Source: Octopus sinensis (Eukaryota). Taken from it: a DNA stretch of 64,000 nt. Location of the stretch: NCBI RefSeq assembly GCF_006345805.1, contig NC_042999.1, forward strand, positions 14,942,001 to 15,006,000, written 5' to 3'. Below the pieces are notes generated by a model. It saw only the letters and a program-made list of their open reading frames with translations, had not been told where the DNA came from and ran no database searches. This document shows positions 24,816-37,588 of this stretch, in pieces (within the stretch, counting starts at the first letter, position 1; each line of letters begins with the position of its first letter). Both the position numbers and the translations under genes were made by a program.

Positions 24816-25642
24816 GTTTTAGAGTTTATATCGCTAATGTCAGTAAATTATTCCTGGAGTCCAGAGATTTCAGGAGAAGGGATTTAGAGATAGCTGTATA
24901 AAATTTTTGAGTATCGAAACATCAAGCGATCACTTCAACGGAGAATAGCAGTATTCATGAGTTGCCATCATTGGAAAATATTACTTTTAGACAGCTTCCA
25001 AACCTCAGAGAACCCACGACCTTCTAATACAATCATAACGAAACAATCCAAAAAGAATTGTTGAATAGCCATCTCTTGGTGATGATCATATGTTTGAAAC
25101 AAGTGCTTCCATTTATCATGACAATTTAGTCGTAAATATTCCTGTCTTCTATAGACGCAAGGCCTGAAATTTTACAGGTGAGGTCTAGTCTATTACATCG
25201 ACTCCAGTGCTCATCTGGTAAATATTTTATTGACCCCGAAAGAATGAAACTAAAAGTTGACCTCAGTGGAATTAGAACTCAGAATGGGCGAAATGCTGCT
25301 AAGCATTTTAGATGGGGTGTTAATGATTCTATCGAGACAATCATATATTTAACTAACTGACCTATTGACCAACCTCAAATAACTTTTTGATTTCAGGTGT
25401 ATTGAAAATGTACAATTTCATTCATTTTTCCAAATAGTTACCAGTCACTTGTGTGTAATGATATGTAATAAGAGAATATATCTCCAATAGCTTCCTGACA
25501 TAGATATGTGGATGGAGATATAAATACAAGTGTCTATATATATACATATATATCTATATATATACTGTAAAAACCCATGTAATTTGCACACCTGTGTAAT
25601 TTACGCAGGGAATTTTCAGGATAAAAATTGTTAAAAAAAGCT

Positions 25643-26640
25643 TTGGTACATTTTGGTTATCTTACACCCATTAAAAAATTAGGTTATCTCCCTGTTTTAT
25701 GAAAAATATCGGTACTTATGGTTATCTCCCCGCAACTAAAAAAATTGTTTAACCCTCAATAAAACAAAAAGAAAATGAAAAAATTAATAGACATGAAAAC
25801 AGAAGAAAAGAAAACTGAAAAGATTAAATATGTTATTGAATCTGTAGAGGTTTTGTGCAGGCATGGCATGGATTCGATCCTTGATCGCAAAATTTCACTA
25901 AGCAGTTCAACAACACTTTTCTTACAACTTGGCAGACACCCATAAAATTATCAACCATCGTACAGACAATAACTCTGAGCACCTTTTCAAACTCCACCCA
26001 TCTAACACCCGTGGACATATTTACAAAGTAAGAAAACAGCACAGCTCCCATGACTTCAGGAAACATTTTTTCACGCTGAGAGTTGCTGAAGCATGGAACA
26101 AACTGCCGGCATCGGTTGTTAGTTGTCAGAGCACTGCATCCTTCAAAACTTCCATGCTTCCTGAGATTCGCCAACACTACACTTGATTTTCTCCCCTCCA
26201 TACACACACAAGCATGTATCTGACTCATACACTGTCCACTTCCCAGACATTTGTACATTACTGCATGTACTTTATATGCACTTTCTGACAAGTTGTGGTG
26301 CACCTGAGCACTGTATACAATAATTTCATTATTATTATTATTACAGTAAAACAATAGATTTTCTGTGAGTGACAGTAGTTACATTTACCAGATGTTTTCT
26401 TGGTGATCGAGGATCGAATCCATGCCATGCCTGCATGAAGCCACTACAAATCTAATAACATTTTTTATAACAAATCATACCATGCCTACCTAGGAGGCCA
26501 AACATCAACAATGTGCTGAAGTATTGAATCAAAAGGATCTAACCCTTTTAATCCAATCTCCTGTCGCCACATTAACTCAACTTTTTAGTGGGGAGATAAC
26601 CCAATTTTTTAATGGGAGTGAGATAACCAAAAAGTACCAA
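25643..26640. mobile_element. Nested MITE/foldback element
   Basis: ~50-bp TIRs TTGGTAC..TTATCTCCC, apparent AGCT TSD, and a second internal IR at 25830-25885 / 26403-26460. Confidence 0.75.
25925..26342 (+). mobile_element. CR1-clade LINE 3' end with (ATT)n tail
   Basis: NTRGHIYK..HFFTLRVAEAWNKLP. Confidence 0.88.
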
Positions 26641-28391
26641 AGCTGTAAAATTTGTACCCAAAAGTTTTCAGAATTGCTGATATGGCCAGGGGAAAAATGT
26701 TTTCAATTTAGTTGTATTTAACATAATTTCACTTACTTATGATAAGATTTTATTAAATAAAAATAATTTCTGTTTAACAGATATCAGATTGAAAGCTATT
26801 AAATTACAAAGTGTTTGTGTTTATAATGAATTGCGATTTACATTTCTTGCCCACAAGAGATTATGTCCAATCTTTAGCACACTTCTGTATGTCTTCTCAA
26901 ATCACGATGACAGGAAAAGTTGTTGATAAGAATTATCAACAAAAACAAAGCTGATAAATATGCACAAGTGTTGCAAAATAAGTTTAATTACCAATAAACA
27001 TCAGCTTGGATGACACTTTATTCAACTGATAGAGGAAGGTGACCGATCAAACTGATTATGTAAACAAAATTCTGATTGGTCGAAAGTGTCTGATTTTCTG
27101 CCTATTCTTGTTGGAACCTTTGATATGAAGTACCAAAATTTCAATCCCTTTCACACTTATAAAATGTCAAGCATAGTTAAAGATTTGTTATTACCATTTT
27201 AGCCAGGAGACCAAACTGATAGTTTGGTGACCTGCTAAAATAAACATTAAGGAGAAAATAAACAGCTTTGCAAGTTTAACTCAGTGTTTATTGAAAAAGG
27301 GAAGTGCGAAATTTAAGAAGCGACTTGTTTGAATATACAAAACTGTGAGGAGACATAAACTAGAATAGCAAAAATCTACTACACCAAAAGAACTGGTAAC
27401 ACATACATTACAAGTGTTCTATGAAGAGAATATAAGATTGCTGCATAATTCAACATGAATGTGAAACGATATTAAACATTGTATAACGTAAATGAAGGTT
27501 TCTGTAGAGAACGCTTCATGAATTTTCATGCGCAAGGATGAATTATAATGTTGTTGTTGGAGTTAAATGCAGTAAAATATGTTCTGGACTTCAAAAAGTA
27601 GTCAACCATTTAATGGTTTTAGTAAATTCATACAGAAAAAGTAAGCATTATACCGCCCAGCATAAATAAAAGTCAACTTTATATTTTTTCTGTAAAAACC
27701 TATTCTGACATTGAATGAGTCAACTTCTGGTACATTTGTACGTAATTTTCTGGTACATTTGTACGTAATTTTCCAACAAAAACAAATTTAAAAAAAAATT
27801 CTGGGAATGATCTATTCATGTAATATACGCACTTGCTAAAGTTTATTTAGGTTTTTGTAAAAAAAAGTCCGTAAATTTCATGGGTTTTTACAGTACTCAC
27901 ATTTACATATATACTTATGTACATACACCCAAGTATATAAATGTATTAGTACACACACACACACACACATGTATATGTGTACATACAGACACATATATGC
28001 AGACACATTCACAAACATTCCAAAATAAACAAGTATAGTTTTACGTATGTTTCCAAAATATACTTCAGACCATTATCAGTCAATGTCCAAACACACAAAC
28101 TTTCATCCATGTCAATAATTCACTTTTTTCATCCACAAAAATTTATACAAATTCACATTCACACATACTTACACATATCATACATATACATACATGTATA
28201 TATATATTGGCATTGAGATGAGAGGGTCAATATGCATCCTATTCTACTTCTCTGAAAAATCCTAAATGTCACATTTTATTCTATTTTAATTCAGCTGAAG
28301 AAAATGGAATTTTTTTTTTACAGGATGTAATTGATTTGTTCAATAAAAAACACGTCTAAAACAACTTTAGTGAACGTGCATATATGTATCT

Positions 28392-29460
28392 CATTATTCA
28401 GTTTTATTTCAAGATTTCCTGCCAATGGAGAAAGAGCTTGTTTGTAACAAAGATCCAAGACTCCTTCATTGGAATTTCAATATCAACAGAGTATGTAAAG
28501 TATGTATGTATGTATCATCATCGTTTAATGTCCGTTCTCCATGCTAGCATGGGTTGGATGGCTCGACCGGGGATCTGGGAAGCCAGAAGGCTGCACCAGG
28601 CTCCAGTCTGATCTGGCAGTGTTTCTACAGCTGGATGCCCTTCCTAATGCCAACCATTCTGTGAGTGTAGTGGATGCTTTTTACGTGCCACCGGCACAGA
28701 ACCCAGTCAAGGCAGCGCTGGCATCGGCCATGATTCGGATAGTGCTTTTTACGTGCCACCGGCACGGAGTATGTATGTATGTATACATGCAGATTTGTAT
28801 GTTTTGTTTTATGTATGTCTTCTCAAGCATATAGTTGCATATCTAGACATACTCATATATACTTAAAAGGTAAACTTCTGGAAAGGTCTACAGATTTTTA
28901 CAGTCCCAGTGATGAATTGGATCTGCAGTCTTTGAATCAACTTTCTTTCTCAAGATTGGTATTTAGGCAGTGTATTGCATATTCCATTGCCTCAATAATC
29001 ACAATTGTATCCTGGATAGAGTAACTGCAGATTTCTCAATAATTCAACATAGGTATTCTCTTCTTCATTGATCTTTGGTTTTATGTTAACATCCGCTGGG
29101 CAGCTGATTTCCCCAACTGTATATAGTTTCTCTTCTCTATTCCAAATCAGGTCTGTTGTGCTTACATTTTATTGAGATTTTCACTGGGACATTCTACCAG
29201 CGCTCCTTTTTATTGTGAGTGGCTATGGCTTCTATCATATTGTGAGATCATATTTCTTTATCCTTGGAGTAATCCTTCTGACGGATTTCCTTATAGAGTG
29301 TCCTAGCTACACCATCATGTCTCATCGGTAGATAATACCATGACATTTTCGGACAACTGCTTGTGATGTAGGTGATATCTTTGGTGTTAACCCCACAAGT
29401 TTGCATTGGTTGTCACATTTTACTGCTTTTCCTGCATCTCTGTCCCTTTTGTGTATCAGG
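28392..29460 (-). mobile_element. R4/Dong-like non-LTR element 3' portion (CCHC knuckle + restriction-like endonuclease + 3'UTR), degenerate
   Basis: Manual translation gives C..CG..DITYITSSCPKMS..MRHDGVAR..HNRPD..EISCPADVNI. The 3'UTR ends AATAAAACTGAATAAT. Confidence 0.75.
28513..28768 (-). mobile_element. RTE LINE 3'UTR copy inserted in a TATG tract
   Basis: Family core, flanked by GTATGTATGTAT on both sides. Confidence 0.8.
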
Positions 29461-30414
29461 CATTTGATTGATATTTCCTGTTCCTGTATGTATTATAGTG
29501 TTGATGGTAGTAGAAAGATGATGAGGATTTGGTTGTTCAATCCACTAAATTACCTGCCCTTGATTTAACATGTAAGTGGCCGAGTATTTCACAGACACAT
29601 ATTCTTAACATACTTATTCAGGCAGAATTAGCATGACACAGCGTGACATATACTTTTCCAATTGCTGGTGAAATCCACCTGATGATCCTATACACAAATG
29701 TGGTCTACCAAGCTTCACTCACGAAGTACAGGTTAATTTGAGATTACAGAAAACTTATCAAGATGATACGCAATGAGATTGAAACCGAAGCTTCATGATT
29801 GTGTTCCTTAACCATTTGGCCATTCAGTAAACTTTGACTGTAGTAAACAATATAGTGTGTCAATGTATAGTTACTGCAAAAAAAAGAAAAAAACTCTAAA
29901 TCTTAAGAGAGTATGATCTGAAACCCATTTAAATTCAGATTTTATTGTCACATGCATTCCTTTAGAAAACTTGACTCCAGTACTTAACTGTTATTCTATT
30001 TTTTTAAACCCCGAAAGGATAAAAGGTAAAGTGAATCTTAATGGGATTTGAATTCAGAATATAAAGAGCAGAAAATTTATCACAAAGTATTTGGTGCCAC
30101 TAGTGTGTGGTCAAACCATAATCTTAAATCCTAACTATACAGATATCACCAAACCCTAAACCCAATGTTAACCGAGGTCAGATTATTTCACAGCATAGCC
30201 TACAGCTACTGCAGTGGATTGCACAGTAAAGTAGCACCAAACATTTTCCTGCTGGTCAACAATTCTGCCACTTTCCTCCTTTCCAATTTTAAATTTAGGC
30301 TCGTCAGTAATTTTAAGGGCAGAGTGTAAATCAGAACAAAATTACAAAAGAATTTTCCTGAGTCTCTATCAGCCCTGCTAATTTGCTGCTTTAGTCGTTG
30401 TAATATTACTATAT

Positions 30415-30725
30415 GTGGAGGTGCAATGGCCCAGTGGTTAGAGCAGCAGACTCGTGGTTTGAGGATCACAGTTTTGATTCCCAGACCAGGCATTGTGTGT
30501 GTTTATTGAGCGAAAGCACCTAAAGCTCCACGAGGCTCCGGCAGGGATTGGTGATGACCCCTGTTATACTCTTTTGCCCCAACTTTCTCTCACTCTTTCT
30601 TCCTGTCCTGTTTCTTGAGTAACGTTGCGGTGGACTGGCGTCCTGTCCAGCTGGGGGTAACACATACGCCATAAAAACTGAGAAACCGGGCTCATGAGCC
30701 TGGCTGAGCTTGAAAAGGATGCATA
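30415..30725 (+). mobile_element. SINE family C, alternative tail
   Basis: Same head as the 23807 copy. Confidence 0.85.
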
Positions 30726-31265
30726 AAAAATATCACTATATATATATATACACATTTTAAATAATAATTGGTATTCGAGTAATATGCTATACCTAATTCT
30801 TCTAAAGTATGTTTGTAATTTGATATCAAGTTTTATGAGAGTTATATGATATTTTGTAATTCCCACTTGAGATTTAGTCATTAAATGTGGAGCATTTCAA
30901 ACGCCCTCTTTTCTGCTCTGGACTGAGAACCATCAACTGCAATACAACCTTGGCTATTAAAAAAGATGAAGTTTGTTCACATTTCGTTACCGTCATATAT
31001 TGATGAGAATTTTGGTGAATGATTTTGAAATTCCGTTCATATATTTTAGACATTGTTTACGTTTCTTATTTTCATCTATCTATCTGTCTGTCCGTCCGTT
31101 CGTCCGTCTCCACATACATGCGTGAATACACACACACATACATATTCTATCAGAATGCCTCTAGTAGGGGCTTCTTCTATGAAGCTCGCAAGGAAAACAG
31201 AAAAGAAGGTGATACGTAGAGCAATCACATCTTTCGTATTCCAACGAAAGCTATTTATTTATGAA

Positions 31266-31656
31266 CTAGCAGTATCGCCCGGCGTTGCTCGGGTTTGTTT
31301 CGACCCTTTAGAATTGGAATTTTTGAAAAGTAAAAATTTTGCATTATGTAGCTTGTTATTCTCTTTAAGTGAACATTTTTCTGTTTGAAATACACCGAAA
31401 ACTGGCGACACAGCAGTCAAATTATCGTAAAATGTAGGGATTTTCATAGAAAAAAGCACCTTTGTTATGTAAATAATTTTTGGTGTTAACATGGTCCGAT
31501 TTGAAATTTTTATTCTACGGAAGGAAGAGCAAGCCTTCTTCTATCATAGTCTCAATTTTGGTTAACTTGCGCTGCAGGGTCTCGGAGGAGATAGTGTTAG
31601 TTGAAGGCTACCAAACCTGCCATACACAGATAACTTCAGCTTTATATATAGAGAGA
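31266..31656 (-). mobile_element. Non-autonomous Helitron
   Basis: 5'-TC, 3' hairpin CCCGAGCAACGCCGGG then CTAG, A|T insertion site. Confidence 0.85.
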
Positions 31657-31699
31657 TTTCTTTTAAAACGAACGTTGAATGTAGTAACCTCAATACACA

Positions 31700-32125
31700 A
31701 AGAATCCGGTCATCCGTGTACAATACGGGATGAGCGAAAATGAAGCAGGGGAAGCTACTCTTCTGTGAAGAGATTGACAAGCTTAGTCGGGTCTCGAACG
31801 AGTTTCTAAAAGGGATCAACACTAAAAAGGTAGTCAGCGGGAAACAAATCCAGCTTACTATGCGATAATATAGATTACTCTAGATCAGGTTGGCAAATTT
31901 AAGTACCTAGGTCTTATTGTTGACGAAACAGTGAATTTCTGTCCGGAAATCGGAGGAAGACTTGATACAGAAAAATCATCCCTGAGGTTGCAAATACAAT
32001 ATGGAGAGATACCACACTGAAACTTCTAAAGACCTTATTCTGTCCACGGGCGTTTTGTTTGTGTGAAACGTGGATTCAAAGTGGGTGGCTGACAGTAAGC
32101 GATCAAGATTATGTGCGACAGGCGA
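31700..32125 (+). pseudogene. Old LINE RT fragment (RTE-like)
   Basis: LDQVGKFKYLGLIVD..EIGGRL (FKYLG motif). Confidence 0.5.
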
Positions 32126-32130
32126 ATAAA

Positions 32131-32575
32131 GCGGCGAGCTGTCAGAATCGTTAGCACGCCGGGCGAAATGCTTAGCGGTATTTCGTCTGCCGTTACGTTC
32201 TGGGTTCAAATTCCGCCGAGGTCGACTTTGCCTTTCATCCTTTCGGGGTCGATTAATTAAGTACCAGTTACGCACTGGGGTCGATGTAAGCGACTTAATA
32301 CCTATGTCTGTCCTTGTTTGTCCCCTCTATGTTTAGCCCCTTGTGGGCAATAAAGAAATAAGAAACGTTAGCACGCCGGGCGAAATGCGTAGCAGTATTT
32401 CGTCTGCCGTTACGTTCTGAGTTCAAATTCCGCCGAGGTCACCTTTGCCTTTCATCCTTTCGGGGTCGATAAATAAAGTACCAGTTACGCACTGGGGTCG
32501 ATGTAATCGACTTAATCCCTTTGTCTGTCTTTGTTTGTCCCCTCTATGTTTAGCCCCTTGTGGCCAATAAAGAAG
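32131..32575 (+). mobile_element. SINE family B tandem dimer
   Basis: Full unit followed by a headless unit. Confidence 0.9.
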
Positions 32576-32669
32576 TATATGTGCTACAGGCGAGTGCAGA
32601 TTCGGTCCTGTAAGAAACGGGAATAGTAAAACGTTGGTGACGATGATCAGACGGCGAAAAACTGCTATA

Positions 32670-34015
32670 TTTTGGCCATGTTATCAGCGTCCTTCGTTTC
32701 TGTGTTCACATTCTTTGGGCTGTGAGGAAGGAAAACAGATTGAAAGGCGATAAAAACGAAAATAGACTTTAAAAATTGGATGGGGAAGATTCGGGCGGAG
32801 TTCACAACTGCAGTGTGTTGCGAGGAATAGTGGTTGTATCTGAGGTTTCCGACCCCCAGGACAAAATCTTCATACATTTATTATTTTGATTCGATATTCA
32901 TTTCTAATAGATAACTAAAGCGTAGGCCTTCGAGTAAAATATAAGCTTTCAGTACATAGGATTTAAAACTTTGGTCCAATTGTCCGTAGAATCCTAAAAT
33001 TTCTCTTATATCTCCACCAGTTCTCAGTTTTCCTGTGTCCCATAAAATGCAATACTTTTGTCGTTATTCAGAAGCTAAATTCAACTCCAATTGAGACAGC
33101 TATATAAGTAAGTGATAATAGCTTAGAGGTAGCCAACGAGCAACGATCGTCCTTTCAAATACATTACAGGTATTTCACCTTCTTTTCGTATGACATGTAA
33201 TTTTACGTCTTTATGTGTCTTGGTGATGAATAGCTACATCATCATCATCATCATCATCGTTTAATGTCTGCTTTCCAAGCTAGCATGGGTTGGACGATTT
33301 GACTGAGGACTGGCGAACCAGATGGCTGCACCAGGCTCCAATCTTGATCTGGCAGAGTTTCTACAGCAGGATGCCCTTCCTAACGCCAACCACTCCGAGA
33401 GTGTAGTGGATGCTTTTACGTGCCACCGGCACGAGGGCCAGTCAGGCGGTACTGGCAACGGCCACGAAAAACACAAAACATATTATTCTTAATACGTTCC
33501 GGCAAATTCGAACGTGAATATACTAATCGCAGTTTTATTCGTCAGTGGAGAACAACTTCATTACGACAAATATGTGTTAATAACATATCACATTCATAAG
33601 TACAAGAGACTCTGAGACAACTGGTGATTCGGCATTGTTGTGTCTCGTCGGCCCAAAGCACTCCGGACTATCGAATCTGATAAGAGTCGATGCCCTTATA
33701 AATAACTTCAGCAAATTGTTTGTTTACTGATCTGTGCAGATATCTACCAACTGACATCACAGTGAAATTTTGGAAAATTTCATTATGACCTATGGCTCAT
33801 TCATAGATATTTTTTACTATAACATCAGAGACCGAAAATAGTAACGGCTTATCAAAAATGATATTTGATTCTTCCTGTTCAGGTGAAGTTTATTGATATC
33901 AGTAGGCGCGGTAGGCTTGCATACTTCATTGTTGTACAATTGATAAAACTTTTCTGGTAACATTTTGATCATCGGTAGCACTTGACATAAATAAGCATTA
34001 CAAATTCGACTATCT
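32670..34015 (-). pseudogene. Possible highly decayed piggyBac-like transposase
   Basis: Only weak motif remnants (W..ETQ, EIPVMYLKGRS..Y). Confidence 0.25.
33237..33466 (-). mobile_element. RTE LINE 3'UTR copy
   Basis: Family core with (CAT)n tail. Confidence 0.8.
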
Positions 34016-34142
34016 TTGTTACACACACACACACCACACACACACATGCATATACATATATGTATATTTATATATATGTATTTATAAAGCAATAAATGTA
34101 TATGTGTGTGCGCGCGTGTATTTAAATGTATATATACTTCGT

Positions 34143-34330
34143 GGTGGCCTGATAGACCGTTAGCTCCTACACGCATTTTTTTCTCTCCTTGTTTCTTTCT
34201 GTCGAAGAGCGTAGGCTCGAAACGTAAAAGACTTGTTCCATTTCTATTCCTGAGCGCCATACTAATACATTTGTTTGTTTGTACTCCACCTGCCTTCGTC
34301 TTTTGTTTATTTTCGTAAACCTTCCCATTA
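34143..34330 (+). mobile_element. Solo PLE pLTR fragment with hammerhead motif (34194-34231)
   Basis: TCTTT-CTGTCGA-AGAGCGTAGGCTC-GAAAC-GTA-AAAGA. The 3' end abuts (TA)n. Confidence 0.85.
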
Positions 34331-34434
34331 TATATATATATATATATATGTAGGTCCCGGGTTGAGTCGGGGTTAACCACAGTAAATAAGGTACTCAATA
34401 CATTGCAGAGTAAAGTAATTTATTTTATAGAAGG

Positions 34435-34485
34435 AGCTTCTACAGGACTAGAACTGTTTCATTCAGATGAAATCTTCAGGAAGCT
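34435..34485 (-). ncRNA. Type-I hammerhead ribozyme (inverted copy)
   Basis: Reverse complement of 34754-34804. Confidence 0.8.
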
Positions 34486-34753
34486 GGCTGTCAAAATAAG
34501 TTCTGGTATTTATGCATTTAGGCAGATTTAATGGAGTGGTGGTGGGGGACGTTTTTTGAGTAGGTTGGTATTTTTTTTTTCATTATTTTATTTTTTTATT
34601 TTCTCACTGACTCTGGCCTTTTGACCAATCCCCTAAGAACAATAGCTAGTGCCCTGTTTATCTCCTAAATACCAACCTACCCAAAAAACGTCCCCACCAC
34701 CACTCCATTAAATCTGCCGAAATGCATAAATACCAGAACTTATTTTGACAGCC

Positions 34754-34804
34754 AGCTTCCTGAAGATTTCATCTGAATGAAACAGTTCTAGTCCTGTAGA
34801 AGCT
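34754..34804 (+). ncRNA. Type-I hammerhead ribozyme with canonical core
   Basis: AGCTTC-CTGAAGA-T(TTCA TC TGAA)T-GAA-ACAG(TTCTAGTC)CTGT-A-GAAGCT. Helix I is 6 bp and the GUA cleavage triplet ends at 34798. Helix II is closed by U.U rather than the usual G-C. Confidence 0.8.
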
Positions 34805-34814
34805 CCTTCTATAA

Positions 34815-34888
<74 letters not shown>

Positions 34889-35324
34889 CAAAGTAAGTTA
34901 GGGGTTATGGGTGTAACTCAAGGGATATTATTTATCCAATATACTGTTGGTAAAGTACCCAGATTCTTAATACATAAATGTTTTTAATTGCAATGCAATT
35001 ACCTTATTTATTGTATTAAACGGGTGAAGCTAAAGGAATATTTTTACCGTTAATTTATAATACACATAAGAAAATGGAGAAACAAATTTAGTTTGTTCAT
35101 CAACTTTCGGATATTAGAATGTTGGATTATTTATTCATTTAACAAAATGAGAACTTTAATAGCATACATATATATTTTATAATTCAATACATATAAGATA
35201 AGAATACAAATTATTAAAATCATAATATAAATTATTGAAATAATTTATATCATAAATATAATTATATAATTATTGAAATAATTTATATTATGATATAATT
35301 TATATTATGATATATATCACGTGA

Positions 35325-35607
35325 TCACGTGACCGACCAGATCATCAGATGTTGTTATACATCACTGGTCACAATGCGTTCGCATTGTTTTAGCCTTCGA
35401 ATGACGCCACCCCGCTGGCTAAGCGAGCAGGCCAACAGAAGAAAGAGTGGTGAAAGAGTACAGCAGCGATCACCCCCCCCCTGCCGGAGCCTCGTGGAGC
35501 TTTTAGGTATTTTCGCTCAATAAACACAACGCCCGGTCTGGGAATCAAAACCGCGATCCTGCGACCGCGAGTCCGCTGCCCTAACCACTAGGCCATTGCG
35601 CCTCCAC
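35325..35607 (-). mobile_element. SINE family C, third tail type
   Basis: Same head on the minus strand. Confidence 0.85.
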
Positions 35608-35955
35608 ATATATAGATTCACAGGCGATAAAAACGAAAATAGACTTTAAAAATTAAATGGGGAAGATCCGGGCGGAGTTCACAACTGCAGTGTGTTGCGA
35701 GGAATAGTGGTTGTATCTGAGGTTTCCGACCCCCAGGACAAAATCTTCATACATTTATTATTTTGATTCGATATTCATTTCTAATAGATAACTAAAGCGT
35801 AGGCCTTCGAGTAAACTATCAACTTTCAGTACATAGGATTTAAGACTTTGGTCCAATTGTCCATAGAATCCAATAATTTCTCTTATATCTCCATCAGTTC
35901 TCAGTTTTTCCGTGCCTCACAAAATGCAATACTTTTGCCGTTATTCAGAAGAAGC

Positions 35956-36046
<91 letters not shown>

Positions 36047-36127
36047 TATATCGTAGAGGCCGACGAAAGCCTTGTGAGCAGATTTGGTAGACAGAATCTG
36101 AAAGAAGACCATATCTATGCATGCCAT

Positions 36128-36337
36128 AATTGAGTTTTATTTTCCAAATTCCTTACCAATATAGCAAGAGCCGGTTTCTAACCTAGATCCAAAGCTCTTT
36201 CATTTGAATTTCAATAACATCAACTGGGTATTTTTTCTATCTATCTATTTATATGTATGTATGTGTGTGTGTGTGTGTGTGTATGTGTGTGTGTATGTAT
36301 GTATGTATGTATGTATGTATGTATGTATGTATGTATG

Positions 36338-36368
<31 letters not shown>

Positions 36369-36430
36369 CTATGCATGCATGCATGTATGTACAGAGTATC
36401 TGGAGTCAGTGCATGTGCAGATTTGGATGT
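36128..36430 (-). mobile_element. R4/Dong-like 3'UTR copy with expanded internal TACA tract
   Basis: GAGCCGGTTTCTAACCTAGATCCAA is the reverse complement of 58667-58691. Confidence 0.65.
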
Positions 36431-36905
36431 CATTGTTTTGATAAAGCTATTTTCTATTATTAATAAAACTGTCAACATTTTTTATGACACGGGTATGCTA
36501 GTAGATTAAATTAAAACCATAATTTTAATCATTTTTCTAAATGGAAAACTGTCTGAGTATATACAAAATCATTTCGAGAAACCAGAGTTGCTTCCCTTAA
36601 CGGTCAATTATCGCTAAAATAACGACTCGCCATCCTTATACAACTAATTTTTCATTAATGATAAGGAGAAACTGTAGATAATTGTCAACGTCACGCACAA
36701 AATCACACGAGGATTATACTAAATGGAATTGTCTAACCAGATATGAAAGTATTTTTTTATTTAAAAATATTAATAAATTATTTCTCGTCATGAACTGTTT
36801 ATTGTGAAGGCGAAAATTATTTCGAAAACTTCAAAAGAAAAAAAAAATCGATCAGTCACTGATAACAATTGTCGAAACGAAATGTAAAAATAAAATAAAC
36901 AACGT

Positions 36906-37532
36906 CACATGTGTAAGAAAAGCGTTTTTATTTTTATTTTCAATCGATTTTTTATGTGACATTTTTTAAAGCTAGCATCGTAGGGGAGATAACTCTGACC
37001 GTAAACTTTTTTTTATATTCCTGATTAAATCTCATCGCAAAAATCATAACATTGATCTACAAGGTTTTTAGTGTTTGGGAAATAGACGTCATTCCTATAC
37101 CAAATCGATCTCCTGAATCCAAATATAGCCTTCTTTTTTACCTATCAGATCTAATTTTTAAGTTATTGAACATCCCTATAGTCACTATGTATGTGTGCAC
37201 GTCCAATACGCGGTGTTCCTTATATTATTCTAATTCTAATTTTTTTTTTCTTTTTCCATACTTTTTAGATGTGGTGAACGAAGCAATTGAAAACGAGCAA
37301 GATGTCCTCTTCAAGAAAGTGTTGCGTTAATACTCCAAATATGTTTTGTTATGTTTGTGGAAAACACACATAGGCGCAGGAGTGGCTGTGTGGTAAGTAG
37401 TTTGCTAACCAACCACATGATTCCAGGTTCAGTCCCACTGCGTGGCATCTTGGGCAAATGTCTTCTGCTATAGCCCCGGGCCGACCAATGCCTTGTGAGT
37501 GGATTTGGTAGACGGAAACTGAAAGAAGCCTG

Positions 37533-37588
<56 letters not shown>

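Larger units (their letters stand above)
23470..25140 (-). pseudogene. Old degenerate PLE reverse transcriptase split by later insertions (pieces 24820-25140 and 23470-23795)
   Basis: Manual translation gives FDTQKFYTAISKSLLLKSL (FDIxxFYPSI-like), then Y*DDGL..DRFRKK..FFDV (YRDDGL-type RT core). Confidence 0.55.
25565..27893. mobile_element. Tc1/mariner-superfamily (pogo/Tc2-like) non-autonomous DNA transposon
   Basis: Perfect terminal IR CTGTAAAAACCCATG / CATGGGTTTTTACAG with TA on both sides. Confidence 0.8.
34420..34819. repeat. Inverted repeat pair (~150-bp arms), probably inverted PLE pLTRs
   Basis: 34420-34572 is the reverse complement of 34667-34819. Flanked by (TA)n. Confidence 0.85.
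32745..35960 (+). repeat. Local direct duplication (32745-33080 and 35622-35960)
   Basis: ~335-bp highly similar copies of otherwise unique sequence. Confidence 0.9.
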
